Positions 28,891-37,699 of a stretch of DNA of 64,000 nt are shown one piece after another. The position numbers were made by a program, and so were the translations under genes. How positions within the stretch are numbered: the stretch's first letter is position 1; the number at the start of each line of letters is the position of its first letter. The notes below the pieces were generated by a model. It was given only the letters and a program-made list of their open reading frames with translations, did not search any database and had not been told where the DNA came from. The stretch comes from an uncultured Clostridia bacterium (lineage in GTDB: Bacteria > Bacillota > Clostridia > TANB77 > CAG-508): the NCBI GenBank assembly GCA_947626885.1, contig CANQTX010000001.1:30741-94740 (forward strand), given 5' to 3'.

Positions 28891-31227
28891 CTATATTTCA
28901 TAAATTGCTTTATCAATTCTAATTAAACAATTATTCGATATTGGACTAAAATTAATATTATAATAAGGATCTGGTTTTGCTAATACGCTGTGCCACTTTT
29001 TCTTAAAAGCTTGTACCTCTCTCTTGTAAGCAAAAATATCTTCATCTTCTATTGTTTCTCTTTCATCTGATATATCTCTATCATTCATTTGTACATATGG
29101 TGTATAAACATTAAGATATCCCTTCTCTCTTAATTTAAGTGAAAAATCTACTTCATTAATTTTTTCAAAATGAATCTCTTCACTCATACCTTGCACTTCT
29201 TCAAAAACTTCTTTTCGATACATCCTACATAAGCTAGATATACAACTCATATTAGAAACAAATTTATCCTTTGCACGATACCCATTATAATTTCCTCTAT
29301 ATAGATATTCCGCAAATTCACCGATACCATAAACAATTCCCGCATGCTTAATGGTTCCATTGGGATAATTTACTTTTACACCTACACATCCAACATCTTC
29401 TCTTTGCGCAATACCTATCATACTTTCTAACCATTCCGGTGTTACCACTCTTTCATGCCTATCCAACTCGACAATAAATTGTCCATCTACATGTTTTACT
29501 GCAAAATTCATTAATTGAGAATAATTTGCTTTTTCAAAATCACAATTCGCTATTTCTGTTTCACTCACTTGACCATTAATCATATCTTGTACAGTTATGG
29601 TATTATTAGAAAACGTTTGATCTGCATAATGCCACACTTTTATATTGGCATGCTTCTCTAATTGCTTATAAAAGGTAAGTGTTTCTTTATTATCAGTGGC
29701 ATTGTCAATAACATCAATTTCAAAATTATCATAGGTTGTTTTTTCTAAAATTGTTTTAATACATTCTTGCAAATGTATAATATCATCTGTATTAACAATA
29801 ACAATGTTCACTTTAGGATGATTTTTCACAGAATAATTTACTGTATAAATTCCATAATATTCTTTGTGTCGTTTAGCAATAGCTTTTATTCCCATTCTAT
29901 CTAAATGATGTTGAACCGCTTTAGCACCTGCTTCATATGCATATAGTTTTGCTTCTGAATTTCCTGCAGTTGATCCAGGATGGATTCTCCAATGGTACAA
30001 GACTTTAGGAATATGGTAAATCTCATTTGCTTTTGCCAATTCTGTAGCTCGCAATATAATATCAAAATCTTGTGCACCATCATAATCACTTCTAAATCCT
30101 TCTAATTGATCCATTAATTCTTTTTTGAAGATACTAAAATGACAAATGTAATTTCCTCCTAATAAAAAATCGGGAGAATAATCAGGTTTAAAATGTGGAT
30201 CATATCTTGGCTTATCAATCGCCTCTATTTTATCTTCATCTGTATAAATAAATCTCACTTCAGGATGAACATTAATACAATTTACAACTTCATATAAAGC
30301 ATTCAATGGCAACAAATCATCATGATCTAATAAAGCAATATAATCACCTGTTGCAAGTTTTAACGCTTCATTAGAATTCCCAGAAATGCCCTTGTTTTCG
30401 CCAATAAAAGTATACTTGATTCTTTTATCTTTCGCACACATACTTTCTATTTCTGTAAGCCTCTCTGGACTCCCATCTGCTAAACATAATTCCCAATTGG
30501 TATAAGTTTGATAATATACCGTAAACAGTAACTCTCTAAAAAATTTAGTTGGTGTATTATATAAAGGAATAATAATACTAATTTTAGGTTTTATAGTAAA
30601 GTGCTTTGAAGCTTCCTGTTGTTCTTTGATATCCGCCAAAGAACAATCATTTAACTTTCCCCAAAATTCATAGGGATCTGAATCCGATTGTAAAATAGCA
30701 TTTTCTATTTGTTCTCTTCTTTTTTTCCATATCTTCTCTAATACTAGCCAATATTCTGCTGTTTCTTCATCCGTAGCATTTCTTATATTTTGTACTCTTA
30801 AAATTTCTTTTTTCTCTGCACGTTTTTTATCAATTTTCTCTCTTCTTCTAGTTCCAAGAGGACAAAATCGATCTAATAAACTAAGACCATTACCAAAATT
30901 TAAAATATGAATGATTCTCCTGATTTTACTAACAATTTTCCAAGAAGTCGTATTTGCCATTGCTCTTACTTCATTTGCATAGTCAACAACTTTTGCTCTA
31001 GCATCCTCTAATTCTAAATGCAAATCATGATTCTGTTTTTCTAATTGTTCTACACTTTCCTGAAGAGCAAACGCTTGCTTTTTATAAATTTCTCTTTGTC
31101 TATTTTGTTTTTGTAACTGTTTTTCTAGATTTCCTATAGTTAAATAATGTCTAAAGAAAATATCATGCACTTCATAATCAAATGTTCTATCTCTTAAATC
31201 TTTTTCTAATAATTCAAATAAATCCAC
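28891..31227 (-). CDS. double-GT2 glycosyltransferase with an N-terminal coiled-coil extension of about 185 aa (paralog 3 of 3)
   Basis: 778-aa ORF. Residues about 30-90 are heptad-like (NLEKQLQKQNRQREIYKKQAFALQESVEQLEKQNHDLHLELEDARAKV). The same double GT2 core follows (KISIIIPLYNTP, LADGS, LLDHDD; KVNIVIVN, IDNAT, EVDFSLK). Confidence 0.9.
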   Translation of the reverse strand: MDLFELLEKDLRDRTFDYEVHDIFFRHYLTIGNLEKQLQKQNRQREIYKKQAFALQESVEQLEKQNHDLHLELEDARAKVVDYANEVRAMANTTSWKIVSKIRRIIHILNFGNGLSLLDRFCPLGTRRREKIDKKRAEKKEILRVQNIRNATDEETAEYWLVLEKIWKKRREQIENAILQSDSDPYEFWGKLNDCSLADIKEQQEASKHFTIKPKISIIIPLYNTPTKFFRELLFTVYYQTYTNWELCLADGSPERLTEIESMCAKDKRIKYTFIGENKGISGNSNEALKLATGDYIALLDHDDLLPLNALYEVVNCINVHPEVRFIYTDEDKIEAIDKPRYDPHFKPDYSPDFLLGGNYICHFSIFKKELMDQLEGFRSDYDGAQDFDIILRATELAKANEIYHIPKVLYHWRIHPGSTAGNSEAKLYAYEAGAKAVQHHLDRMGIKAIAKRHKEYYGIYTVNYSVKNHPKVNIVIVNTDDIIHLQECIKTILEKTTYDNFEIDVIDNATDNKETLTFYKQLEKHANIKVWHYADQTFSNNTITVQDMINGQVSETEIANCDFEKANYSQLMNFAVKHVDGQFIVELDRHERVVTPEWLESMIGIAQREDVGCVGVKVNYPNGTIKHAGIVYGIGEFAEYLYRGNYNGYRAKDKFVSNMSCISSLCRMYRKEVFEEVQGMSEEIHFEKINEVDFSLKLREKGYLNVYTPYVQMNDRDISDERETIEDEDIFAYKREVQAFKKKWHSVLAKPDPYYNINFSPISNNCLIRIDKAIYEI

Positions 31228-32443
31228 ATATTCCCAAATTCCGAAAAGCTTTTAATAAAGACTCTTTTCCCAGTTTTTCTAAACAATTTGTGGTATTTAA
31301 TAATGCCCTATAATAAATATACTCTACCGGAATATTATATTCTATCCACTCTTGATCAAATACTTTTAGGTTTCCCTCTATATAAAAACAATTCTTAGGA
31401 ATTAAATCAATAAATCCCCTTCTCAAAAAATGCAAACTTTTCAATTTTTCTGGATGATACATTTGAATACATTTTTTTATGGTGAATAGTTGCTCTTTTT
31501 CCTTATGATATGTATCTTTTCTTTGGGTAATCATTGCTTTTTCTTTTTGAATGTCCTTTATTAAGTCTTCATAAGTACAAGTATCTTTATTTAACACCTC
31601 TTTTAAAATTTGAAACTTCTCCATAAACTCTTCTATGGTACTTGTTTCTGAAAGTACAATATCAAATCGTTTATGCTTAATAAACTGACTGATAATTTGA
31701 CCATCTTTTTTATTTTCAATAACATCAATTCCCATTTGTCTGAGCTCTTGTATATTTCTTTCCATTTGCTCCATATGGTTCTGTGCTTGTTTATCAGCTA
31801 CTTTTTTAATAACAACATCTTCTTTAATTAATGTCATCATACGATATTCGGGTTTTCGATAATTAGTAAATGCCACATATTTGATATCTGTATTAATTGG
31901 TTTTTGTGATACTTCTATAAAAAACGAATTGGCAAATTGATTAACATATGTCTTATCTTCTTTTAACAACTGTTGATAAACATCATTCTCATTAAGATGT
32001 ATAATTGTATTTTGAGGATATACCGCAAAATTCCTTGTTATATCTTCCTCCGTTAAACTATAGTCTTCACTATAAATTAAATTAGCCATTTCAAAATTAG
32101 GAAAAACATAATAGAATTTTGTAAAATGCAATTGATTTTGCTCAAAAAGAGATAGCAACGTATTTTTACTAATATCTTTTTCCAAAGCATTTGTAGTATT
32201 CCAATTTTTTAAACCAAATTGATTATCTATAGCAATTAATATTTTACCATCCTCTTTGATATAATTTTTAGCAAGTAACAATTTTTGTTCAAATTCTGAT
32301 GAATATTTCCCTATTATTGTTATATAATCATATTGTTTGTCTAATTTTTCGTAACCATTTTCTATATGAAAAATAGAAGCATTCTCTTTAAAAGGATACC
32401 ATAATAAAATATTTTTTTTAAATTCCAACAATCTTGCTTCCAT
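31214..32443 (-). CDS. two-lobed protein: degenerate methyltransferase-like N-lobe plus protein-kinase/APH-like C-lobe (WbdD-like candidate chain terminator)
   Basis: The ORF track starts at a GTG (32467). The ATG at 32441-32443 has an SD (gaaagga) 7 nt upstream, so I place the start there. The 3' end overlaps the next gene start by 14 nt. See findings for motifs. Confidence 0.75.
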   Translation of the reverse strand: MEARLLEFKKNILLWYPFKENASIFHIENGYEKLDKQYDYITIIGKYSSEFEQKLLLAKNYIKEDGKILIAIDNQFGLKNWNTTNALEKDISKNTLLSLFEQNQLHFTKFYYVFPNFEMANLIYSEDYSLTEEDITRNFAVYPQNTIIHLNENDVYQQLLKEDKTYVNQFANSFFIEVSQKPINTDIKYVAFTNYRKPEYRMMTLIKEDVVIKKVADKQAQNHMEQMERNIQELRQMGIDVIENKKDGQIISQFIKHKRFDIVLSETSTIEEFMEKFQILKEVLNKDTCTYEDLIKDIQKEKAMITQRKDTYHKEKEQLFTIKKCIQMYHPEKLKSLHFLRRGFIDLIPKNCFYIEGNLKVFDQEWIEYNIPVEYIYYRALLNTTNCLEKLGKESLLKAFRNLGICGFI

Positions 32444-32501
32444 GAAAAATTCCTTTCTTTTAGACACATTCTTACATTCTTTACATCTTCTATTGATATC
32501 T

Positions 32502-33797
32502 TTAAATTTTACGTACTGTAATATGAGAATCTAACCTTACTATACCAACTGTATTTTTAGTTGTAATAACTTCTATTAACAAAGCATCATATTTTCTACT
32601 TAAAACTTCTAGTTCTCCTTTTAGATTAAATCTTGTACAACTAAAAGATAATGTATATTTTCCAACAGCTATTGGTAATTTTTGTTTAAATTCTGCAATA
32701 ACAATATCGCCTTTTTTGAAATTTCCTGTTAACACCTTTTCAATCTCTGAATTGGTACCAGCTATATCATTTCCATTAAAATCTTTTACTGTCATTGTAA
32801 ATATTGGATCTTTAACATCTTTATAAAACTTTACTTTCGATTTTAAAATAATCGTATCAGCGTTATCAAAAACATTAATAGCATTTCCCTCTAAATCAAA
32901 CATTCCATAGTCAATTACTTCAGCGTCCTTATTACCATACTCAATAATATTAGGATTTTGATTAAATTTTTCTTTCCAAGTTTCAGAATCATCCATTTTG
33001 ATAGAAATTTCCTCTAATTGCTTATCTAGTTGTTCTTCTCTTTGGACATCTTCAGGACTTAATCCTACAATAATCTTTTTATAACGATTCACTCCATCTT
33101 TAACAGAACCATCAAAAGTTTTTCTACCATTTTCGATAATAATAGCTCTATTACAATTTTTCAAAACATCTGTCACATTATGTGTAACAAATATAATTGT
33201 TTTACCACTATTTTTAAATTGTTCAAACTTTTTAAAACATTTTAATTGAAATGCCATATCTCCTACAGATAGTACCTCATCTACAATTAAAATATCTGGA
33301 TTAACATTAATTGCACAAGCAAATGCCAAACGAGCAAACATACCTGAAGAATATGTTTTAACAGGTTGATATAAATGATCTCCTATGTCTGCAAAATCAA
33401 TAATTTCTTGCTCTTTTTCTTTAATTTCCGCATCTGTTAGTCCCATAACTTGTCCATGTTGATAAATATTCTCTATTCCGGTTAAATCTGGATTAAACGC
33501 AGCTCCTAATTCTAATAAAGAACTTATTTTTCCATTCACTTCAATTTCCCCAGAAGTCGGACTCACAACTCCCGTAATCATTTTTAATAAAGTAGATTTT
33601 CCGGCACCATTCTTTCCTAAAATTCCTAATACTTCTCCTCTTCGAATTTCAACATTAAAATGATCCATCGCTCTAAACGTACCATGTTTCTTATAGCCTG
33701 GAACAATCGCCTCTAATAATCGGTCCTTTTTCCTATCAAACATCTTATATTCTTTAACTAAATTGGTTATTTTAATGACTACATCATTATCCTTCAT
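32502..33797 (-). CDS. polysaccharide ABC exporter ATP-binding protein, Wzt/TagH type, with a C-terminal extension domain
   Basis: Walker A GKNGAGKST, signature YSSGM, Walker B ILIVDEVLSVGD, plus a beta-rich C-terminal domain of about 150 aa. I place the start at the ATG at 33795-33797 (MKDNDVVIKITNL, SD gagagg 7 nt upstream). The 25 extra codons in the ORF track are encoded by a hairpin arm. Confidence 0.9.
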   Translation of the reverse strand: MKDNDVVIKITNLVKEYKMFDRKKDRLLEAIVPGYKKHGTFRAMDHFNVEIRRGEVLGILGKNGAGKSTLLKMITGVVSPTSGEIEVNGKISSLLELGAAFNPDLTGIENIYQHGQVMGLTDAEIKEKEQEIIDFADIGDHLYQPVKTYSSGMFARLAFACAINVNPDILIVDEVLSVGDMAFQLKCFKKFEQFKNSGKTIIFVTHNVTDVLKNCNRAIIIENGRKTFDGSVKDGVNRYKKIIVGLSPEDVQREEQLDKQLEEISIKMDDSETWKEKFNQNPNIIEYGNKDAEVIDYGMFDLEGNAINVFDNADTIILKSKVKFYKDVKDPIFTMTVKDFNGNDIAGTNSEIEKVLTGNFKKGDIVIAEFKQKLPIAVGKYTLSFSCTRFNLKGELEVLSRKYDALLIEVITTKNTVGIVRLDSHITVRKI

Positions 33798-33819
33798 ATT
33801 ATATCCTCTCTGTTCCTTT

Positions 33820-33950
33820 TGTCCTTTTAGGAACGTTAGTTTTTGGACATTTATGACCCAATAGGGACACATGTTATTGGATGAGAAAAAATTTTATATT
33901 CGTATAAAATTGGACTAAAATGTCCAAAAACTAACGTCCCTAAAAGGACA
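33820..33950 (-). repeat. 131-nt element: 32-nt inverted repeat arms (33820-33851 and 33919-33950) around a 67-nt loop
   Basis: 31 of 32 positions are complementary. The single exception is a G-U wobble on the minus (sense) transcript but an A-C mismatch on the plus strand. It overlaps the stop codon of the GT2 gene and ends 22 nt before the wzt start codon (about 9 nt before its SD). Confidence 0.85.
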
Positions 33951-34923
33951 AAAGAGATACTTTCTTTTTTATGTTAAATAATATTCTAGCTACTATAGGT
34001 ATGTTTAAAATTATAAAATTCTCCATTTTATAATTCCATGTTTCGTATTGATACAATTTAAAAAACAATTTCCAATTCTTTACATTTAAATATTGTTTTT
34101 TTTCCAAATGTTCAAAATATTGCAAACTTTGTCTATTAAGAATTCTAATTTTTTCTTCTTTAAATTTTTCTTCTTGTTGTATAAAAACTGAAAAATGTTG
34201 CTTTTTTACTTCTATAAATAAATTTCTCATTTCATCAAAATTAGAAATTTTATCTGATTTTCTTTTAGAACCAATATGATTGTTTTTATGTTGTCTATAT
34301 TGAATTAAAGGTTCTTCTAAATAAGCTATTTTTCCTTCTTGACTCGCTATTAATGCTATCCAATAATCATGCAACACATATTTACTACTGTGAGGTAATG
34401 GTAAAGCCTTGGTAATAATTTCTTTTTTACAAAGCATGGTACAACCAGTTATAAAATTATTTAAGTACAAACTTTCAAAATGATTATACTGTTTTATTTT
34501 ATGATACAATCCTTTAAATCTCCAATATGATGGTTCAATTATGTGTAGATCACTATCTACAATTTCTAAATCTGTATAAACAAGTTCTGCGTTTGTTTCT
34601 TTTATTTTTTCTATGGATTTTTCTATTTTCTCCTTTTTCCATATATCATCTTGATCACAAAACATAAACCATGGACTCTCCACTTTCTGGAGTAAAAATT
34701 CAAAGTTCTTAATAACACCCATATTTTTTTCTTGATAAAAATAATAAATTCTACTGTCTTTTTGTGCGTAATTCTCTATAATACTTCTCGTATTATCAGA
34801 AGATTTATCATCAGAAATAAGTAGTCTAAAATCCATATAAGTTTGACTTAAAATACTCTCAATCTGCTCTGCCAAATATTTTTCGCCATTATATGTTGCC
34901 ATTATAATATCAACTTTTGCCAT
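33940..34923 (-). CDS. family-2 glycosyltransferase
   Basis: VDIIMATYNGEKYLAEQIESILSQTY, SDDKSSDNT and CDQDDIW motifs. I place the start at the ATG at 34921-34923 (MAKVDII, SD agaaagg). The upstream ATG in the ORF track has no SD. Confidence 0.88.
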   Translation of the reverse strand: MAKVDIIMATYNGEKYLAEQIESILSQTYMDFRLLISDDKSSDNTRSIIENYAQKDSRIYYFYQEKNMGVIKNFEFLLQKVESPWFMFCDQDDIWKKEKIEKSIEKIKETNAELVYTDLEIVDSDLHIIEPSYWRFKGLYHKIKQYNHFESLYLNNFITGCTMLCKKEIITKALPLPHSSKYVLHDYWIALIASQEGKIAYLEEPLIQYRQHKNNHIGSKRKSDKISNFDEMRNLFIEVKKQHFSVFIQQEEKFKEEKIRILNRQSLQYFEHLEKKQYLNVKNWKLFFKLYQYETWNYKMENFIILNIPIVARILFNIKKKVSLLSF

Positions 34924-34977
34924 GAAATTTACCTTTCTTTTATTGCTCTCTTTTTGGTTAGCCATACGTGTTTTTTG

Positions 34978-35781
34978 TTACAATACATCTGCAAAGTCTT
35001 TTCTTGTCTTTTTAAATACGGCATTTCCCCATAGGAATAATAAAATGGTAATAACCCAAAAAATAATAGAATACATACCGTAATTTTCTGTAATAATTGT
35101 TGAATCCTTCATAAAAGCTTGTCGAAATCCTTCTACTAAATATGTAAATGGAAATGCTTTAAAAAACTTTCTCCAAGCATCTGAAAGCATAGTTAAATTC
35201 CAAATAATAGGAGTAAACCACATAAATAATTGCATAAGAATATTTAACAATTGTGCAAAGTCTGGTACAACTGTGGTTAAAGCCGATGTAAATCTTGTTA
35301 ATGCAATAATAAATGTTAAAGCACAAAATAAAATATATACTACTGTTAGGAAATTCGGGATATAACGAAAGATAGAAGCTACAACAATGGCTATACAAAT
35401 TAAAAATATTCCTATAAAACTGGAAGATATGATTGATATAATAGGAATAATATCTACCGGAAAAACAACCTTTTTTACTAAATAACTATAATTTCTAATA
35501 GAATTACTTGCTGTAAGAATAGCATCACTACAGAATAACCACATTGCCATTCCTGGTAAAAACCATACAACATAAGGGTACTCTCCATTACTATTGGATT
35601 TTAAGATGTATTGAAATACAATTACATAGGTTAACATAAATACAAATGGCTGTGCAAACCCCCAGATTGTACCAAGCCCTGTACCAGCAAATCGGTTTCT
35701 AAAATCGTTCTTTCCTAATTGCATTGTTAATTTTCTGTTTTTGAAAAGTATTTTTAAAAATTCCATTCTTCTACTTAACAT
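34978..35781 (-). CDS. polysaccharide ABC exporter permease, Wzm/TagG type (ABC-2)
   Basis: 267-aa ORF with 6 TM helices and the ABC-2 N-terminal pattern LGKNDFRNRFAGTGLGTIWGFAQPF. The exact start is uncertain (no clear SD). Confidence 0.88.
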   Translation of the reverse strand: MLSRRMEFLKILFKNRKLTMQLGKNDFRNRFAGTGLGTIWGFAQPFVFMLTYVIVFQYILKSNSNGEYPYVVWFLPGMAMWLFCSDAILTASNSIRNYSYLVKKVVFPVDIIPIISIISSSFIGIFLICIAIVVASIFRYIPNFLTVVYILFCALTFIIALTRFTSALTTVVPDFAQLLNILMQLFMWFTPIIWNLTMLSDAWRKFFKAFPFTYLVEGFRQAFMKDSTIITENYGMYSIIFWVITILLFLWGNAVFKKTRKDFADVL

Positions 35782-35885
35782 TAGTTTTTTAAACTAACAT
35801 TTCCTTATATATTTAGGTTTTTAAAAGGACTACCTATAAACCTTTCTCTATTCTTTATTCATTTTTTGCATAAATTTCTTGCGTT

Positions 35886-35914
35886 ATTATATCATTTTAT
35901 CCTATTGATTTCAA
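35886..35914 (-). promoter_or_regulatory. sigma-A type promoter heading the ABC-exporter module
   Basis: Minus strand reads TTGAAA - 17 nt - TATAAT, about 100 nt upstream of wzm and directly after a terminator. Confidence 0.6.
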
Positions 35915-35954
35915 TGCTTTATTGTGTCCAAATTGTAAATTTTGTGTGCCTTAT

Positions 35955-36000
35955 GCAAAAAAGCACAGATATCATTTTTCTTAAAATCAAATCTATGCTT
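35955..36000 (-). terminator. intrinsic terminator after the TagF-like gene
   Basis: Minus strand: aagcauagau - 20-nt loop - aucugugcuu (10 bp including one U-G wobble on the sense strand), followed by UUUUUU. Confidence 0.55.
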
Positions 36001-36014
36001 TTATGGTGATGATT

Positions 36015-37181
36015 TTAGGTTTCCATCTTTTCTTTTATAATATCTACAATTATCCTAGAGGCATTCTCATTTTCTACAAACCCCATTTTATCGATAAAAG
36101 ATTTTGTTTTTTGTAGAAATGTTTCTTCTGAAAAATGGCGAATATTGTTGATTAATTCCTCACTGGTTAATGCTATTGATTCTGAAAAATCCTTCCAATC
36201 AAAATAAAACTTTCTTTCACTTTTTTTATAATTTTCTAAATCTTTTGCTAATAGAAAGGTTGGTTTATTTAATCTTAAAAAAGTAAATATAATACCTGAA
36301 TAATCAGATATCAATACATCTGATATGGCAATTAATTCCTGCATATCGGGATATAACGTAGCATTTAATATTCGTTCATTATAGGTAATTTCCTTACTTT
36401 CAGCTTGTACAATAGGATGTAATCTGATTAGTAAAACAAACTTACCTCCAAATTTTTTTTCTAATTCATCACAACACTTCTGATAATCAAATGTATATAC
36501 TGATAAATCGGACTGATTTCTAAAAGTAGGTGCATACAATGCAATTTTATAATGATTATCTATATGAAAATACTGATAAACTTTATGTTTTATTGCTTCT
36601 GTAGGATGAAAAATAATATCATTTCTTGGAATACCACATTTTAATATTTTTCCATCATACCAAAAAGCATTTCGAAATAAATGTTCCTGAAAGGTATTAC
36701 TAGTAAACATTAAGTCTGTTCTTTTGGCATCTTGTTTTGCCGCTTTTACATATTCAGGACTTAAACTATCTTCTGCATCAGCTTCTATGTATTTATTAGG
36801 TAATTCTCCGTGCCAAGTTTGAATATAAAATTGATTCTTCTTTTTTCTAATGCCATTACCAACTCTAACATTATCTATCCAAATTTTAGCAGTGGCTAAT
36901 TCCCAAAAAGCTTTTATACTACCAATTTTCACTTTTCTTATTTGGTGCGGTATTTCCTCTTCTAGATTGTTTACGAGCCATACCATATCACAATCAATTC
37001 CTTGCTTTATGATTTCTTCTGCTATATATTTAGGATTACAACCATATCCTTTGCCTGAAAAATTATCAAAAACAATTTTATTATTTCTTACCCTACCAAA
37101 TAAGTAACATATATTTTTTATTATATATTTTCCCAAACCATATAAATCCGCTTGCAGTTTTTTTATTTTTTCTACAATCAT
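36015..37181 (-). CDS. CDP-glycerol glycerophosphotransferase family protein (TagB/TagF-like)
   Basis: 388-aa ORF with YIQTWHGELPNK, LYAPTFRN and ISDYSGIIF motifs characteristic of the TagB/TagF family. Confidence 0.88.
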   Translation of the reverse strand: MIVEKIKKLQADLYGLGKYIIKNICYLFGRVRNNKIVFDNFSGKGYGCNPKYIAEEIIKQGIDCDMVWLVNNLEEEIPHQIRKVKIGSIKAFWELATAKIWIDNVRVGNGIRKKKNQFYIQTWHGELPNKYIEADAEDSLSPEYVKAAKQDAKRTDLMFTSNTFQEHLFRNAFWYDGKILKCGIPRNDIIFHPTEAIKHKVYQYFHIDNHYKIALYAPTFRNQSDLSVYTFDYQKCCDELEKKFGGKFVLLIRLHPIVQAESKEITYNERILNATLYPDMQELIAISDVLISDYSGIIFTFLRLNKPTFLLAKDLENYKKSERKFYFDWKDFSESIALTSEELINNIRHFSEETFLQKTKSFIDKMGFVENENASRIIVDIIKEKMET

Positions 37182-37228
37182 GCTCTACTCCTAATATCAG
37201 TCAATTTTTTCTATAGGTTTATTATATT

Positions 37229-37654
37229 TTATTCATCAAACTCATTACAAAAAGCAATAAACTTATCTCTTAGTTTGGTAGATGAAACATTTTTGGTATA
37301 TGGAAAATAAATAATTTTAATTCCTTCTTCAGCAAATTCTTTTTCGTATTGGTTCCATTTATCTGTATGATACCAATCATCTCCTACAAACATAATCGAT
37401 GCACCTAGCTTTTTACACATTGTTAATTTGTCCATATCGTATTGTGGTACAGCTGCATCTACATATTTACATGACCTTACAATTTCTATTCTTTCCTCAA
37501 AAGGAATGATAGCATTTTTTCCTTTGTAAGAAACTAATTCGTCTACTGTAACACCTACAATTAGCTTATCACACATTCCTTTTGCATTTTTAAATAAATT
37601 TAAGTGTCCCATATGAAATAAATCATATACACCTGCCGTATACCCTATTTTCAT
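37229..37654 (-). CDS. tagD: glycerol-3-phosphate cytidylyltransferase
   Basis: 141-aa ORF. GYTAGVYDLFHMGHLNLFKNAK (HXGH nucleotidyltransferase motif), with the size and C-terminal VSSTKLR motif typical of TagD/TarD. Confidence 0.92.
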   Translation of the reverse strand: MKIGYTAGVYDLFHMGHLNLFKNAKGMCDKLIVGVTVDELVSYKGKNAIIPFEERIEIVRSCKYVDAAVPQYDMDKLTMCKKLGASIMFVGDDWYHTDKWNQYEKEFAEEGIKIIYFPYTKNVSSTKLRDKFIAFCNEFDE

Positions 37655-37699
37655 GAATTTTTCTCCTTTCTATCTTCTTTATATAGTATCACACATGCT

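Noticed and set aside
33798-33872. 25-codon N-terminal extension of the Wzt ORF (MCPYWVINVQKLTFLKGQKEQRGYN)
   Set aside because: The extension is encoded by one arm and part of the loop of the 32-bp inverted repeat. It has no SD, whereas the internal ATG at 33797 has gagagg 7 nt upstream and gives the usual ABC N-terminus.
33820-33950. Interpretation of the inverted-repeat element as a miniature mobile element (MITE)
   Set aside because: I see no flanking direct target duplication and no second copy of the 32-mer anywhere in these 64 kb. The single imperfection is a wobble only on the sense RNA. This cannot be excluded without a whole-genome search, so it is kept as an RNA-structure finding.
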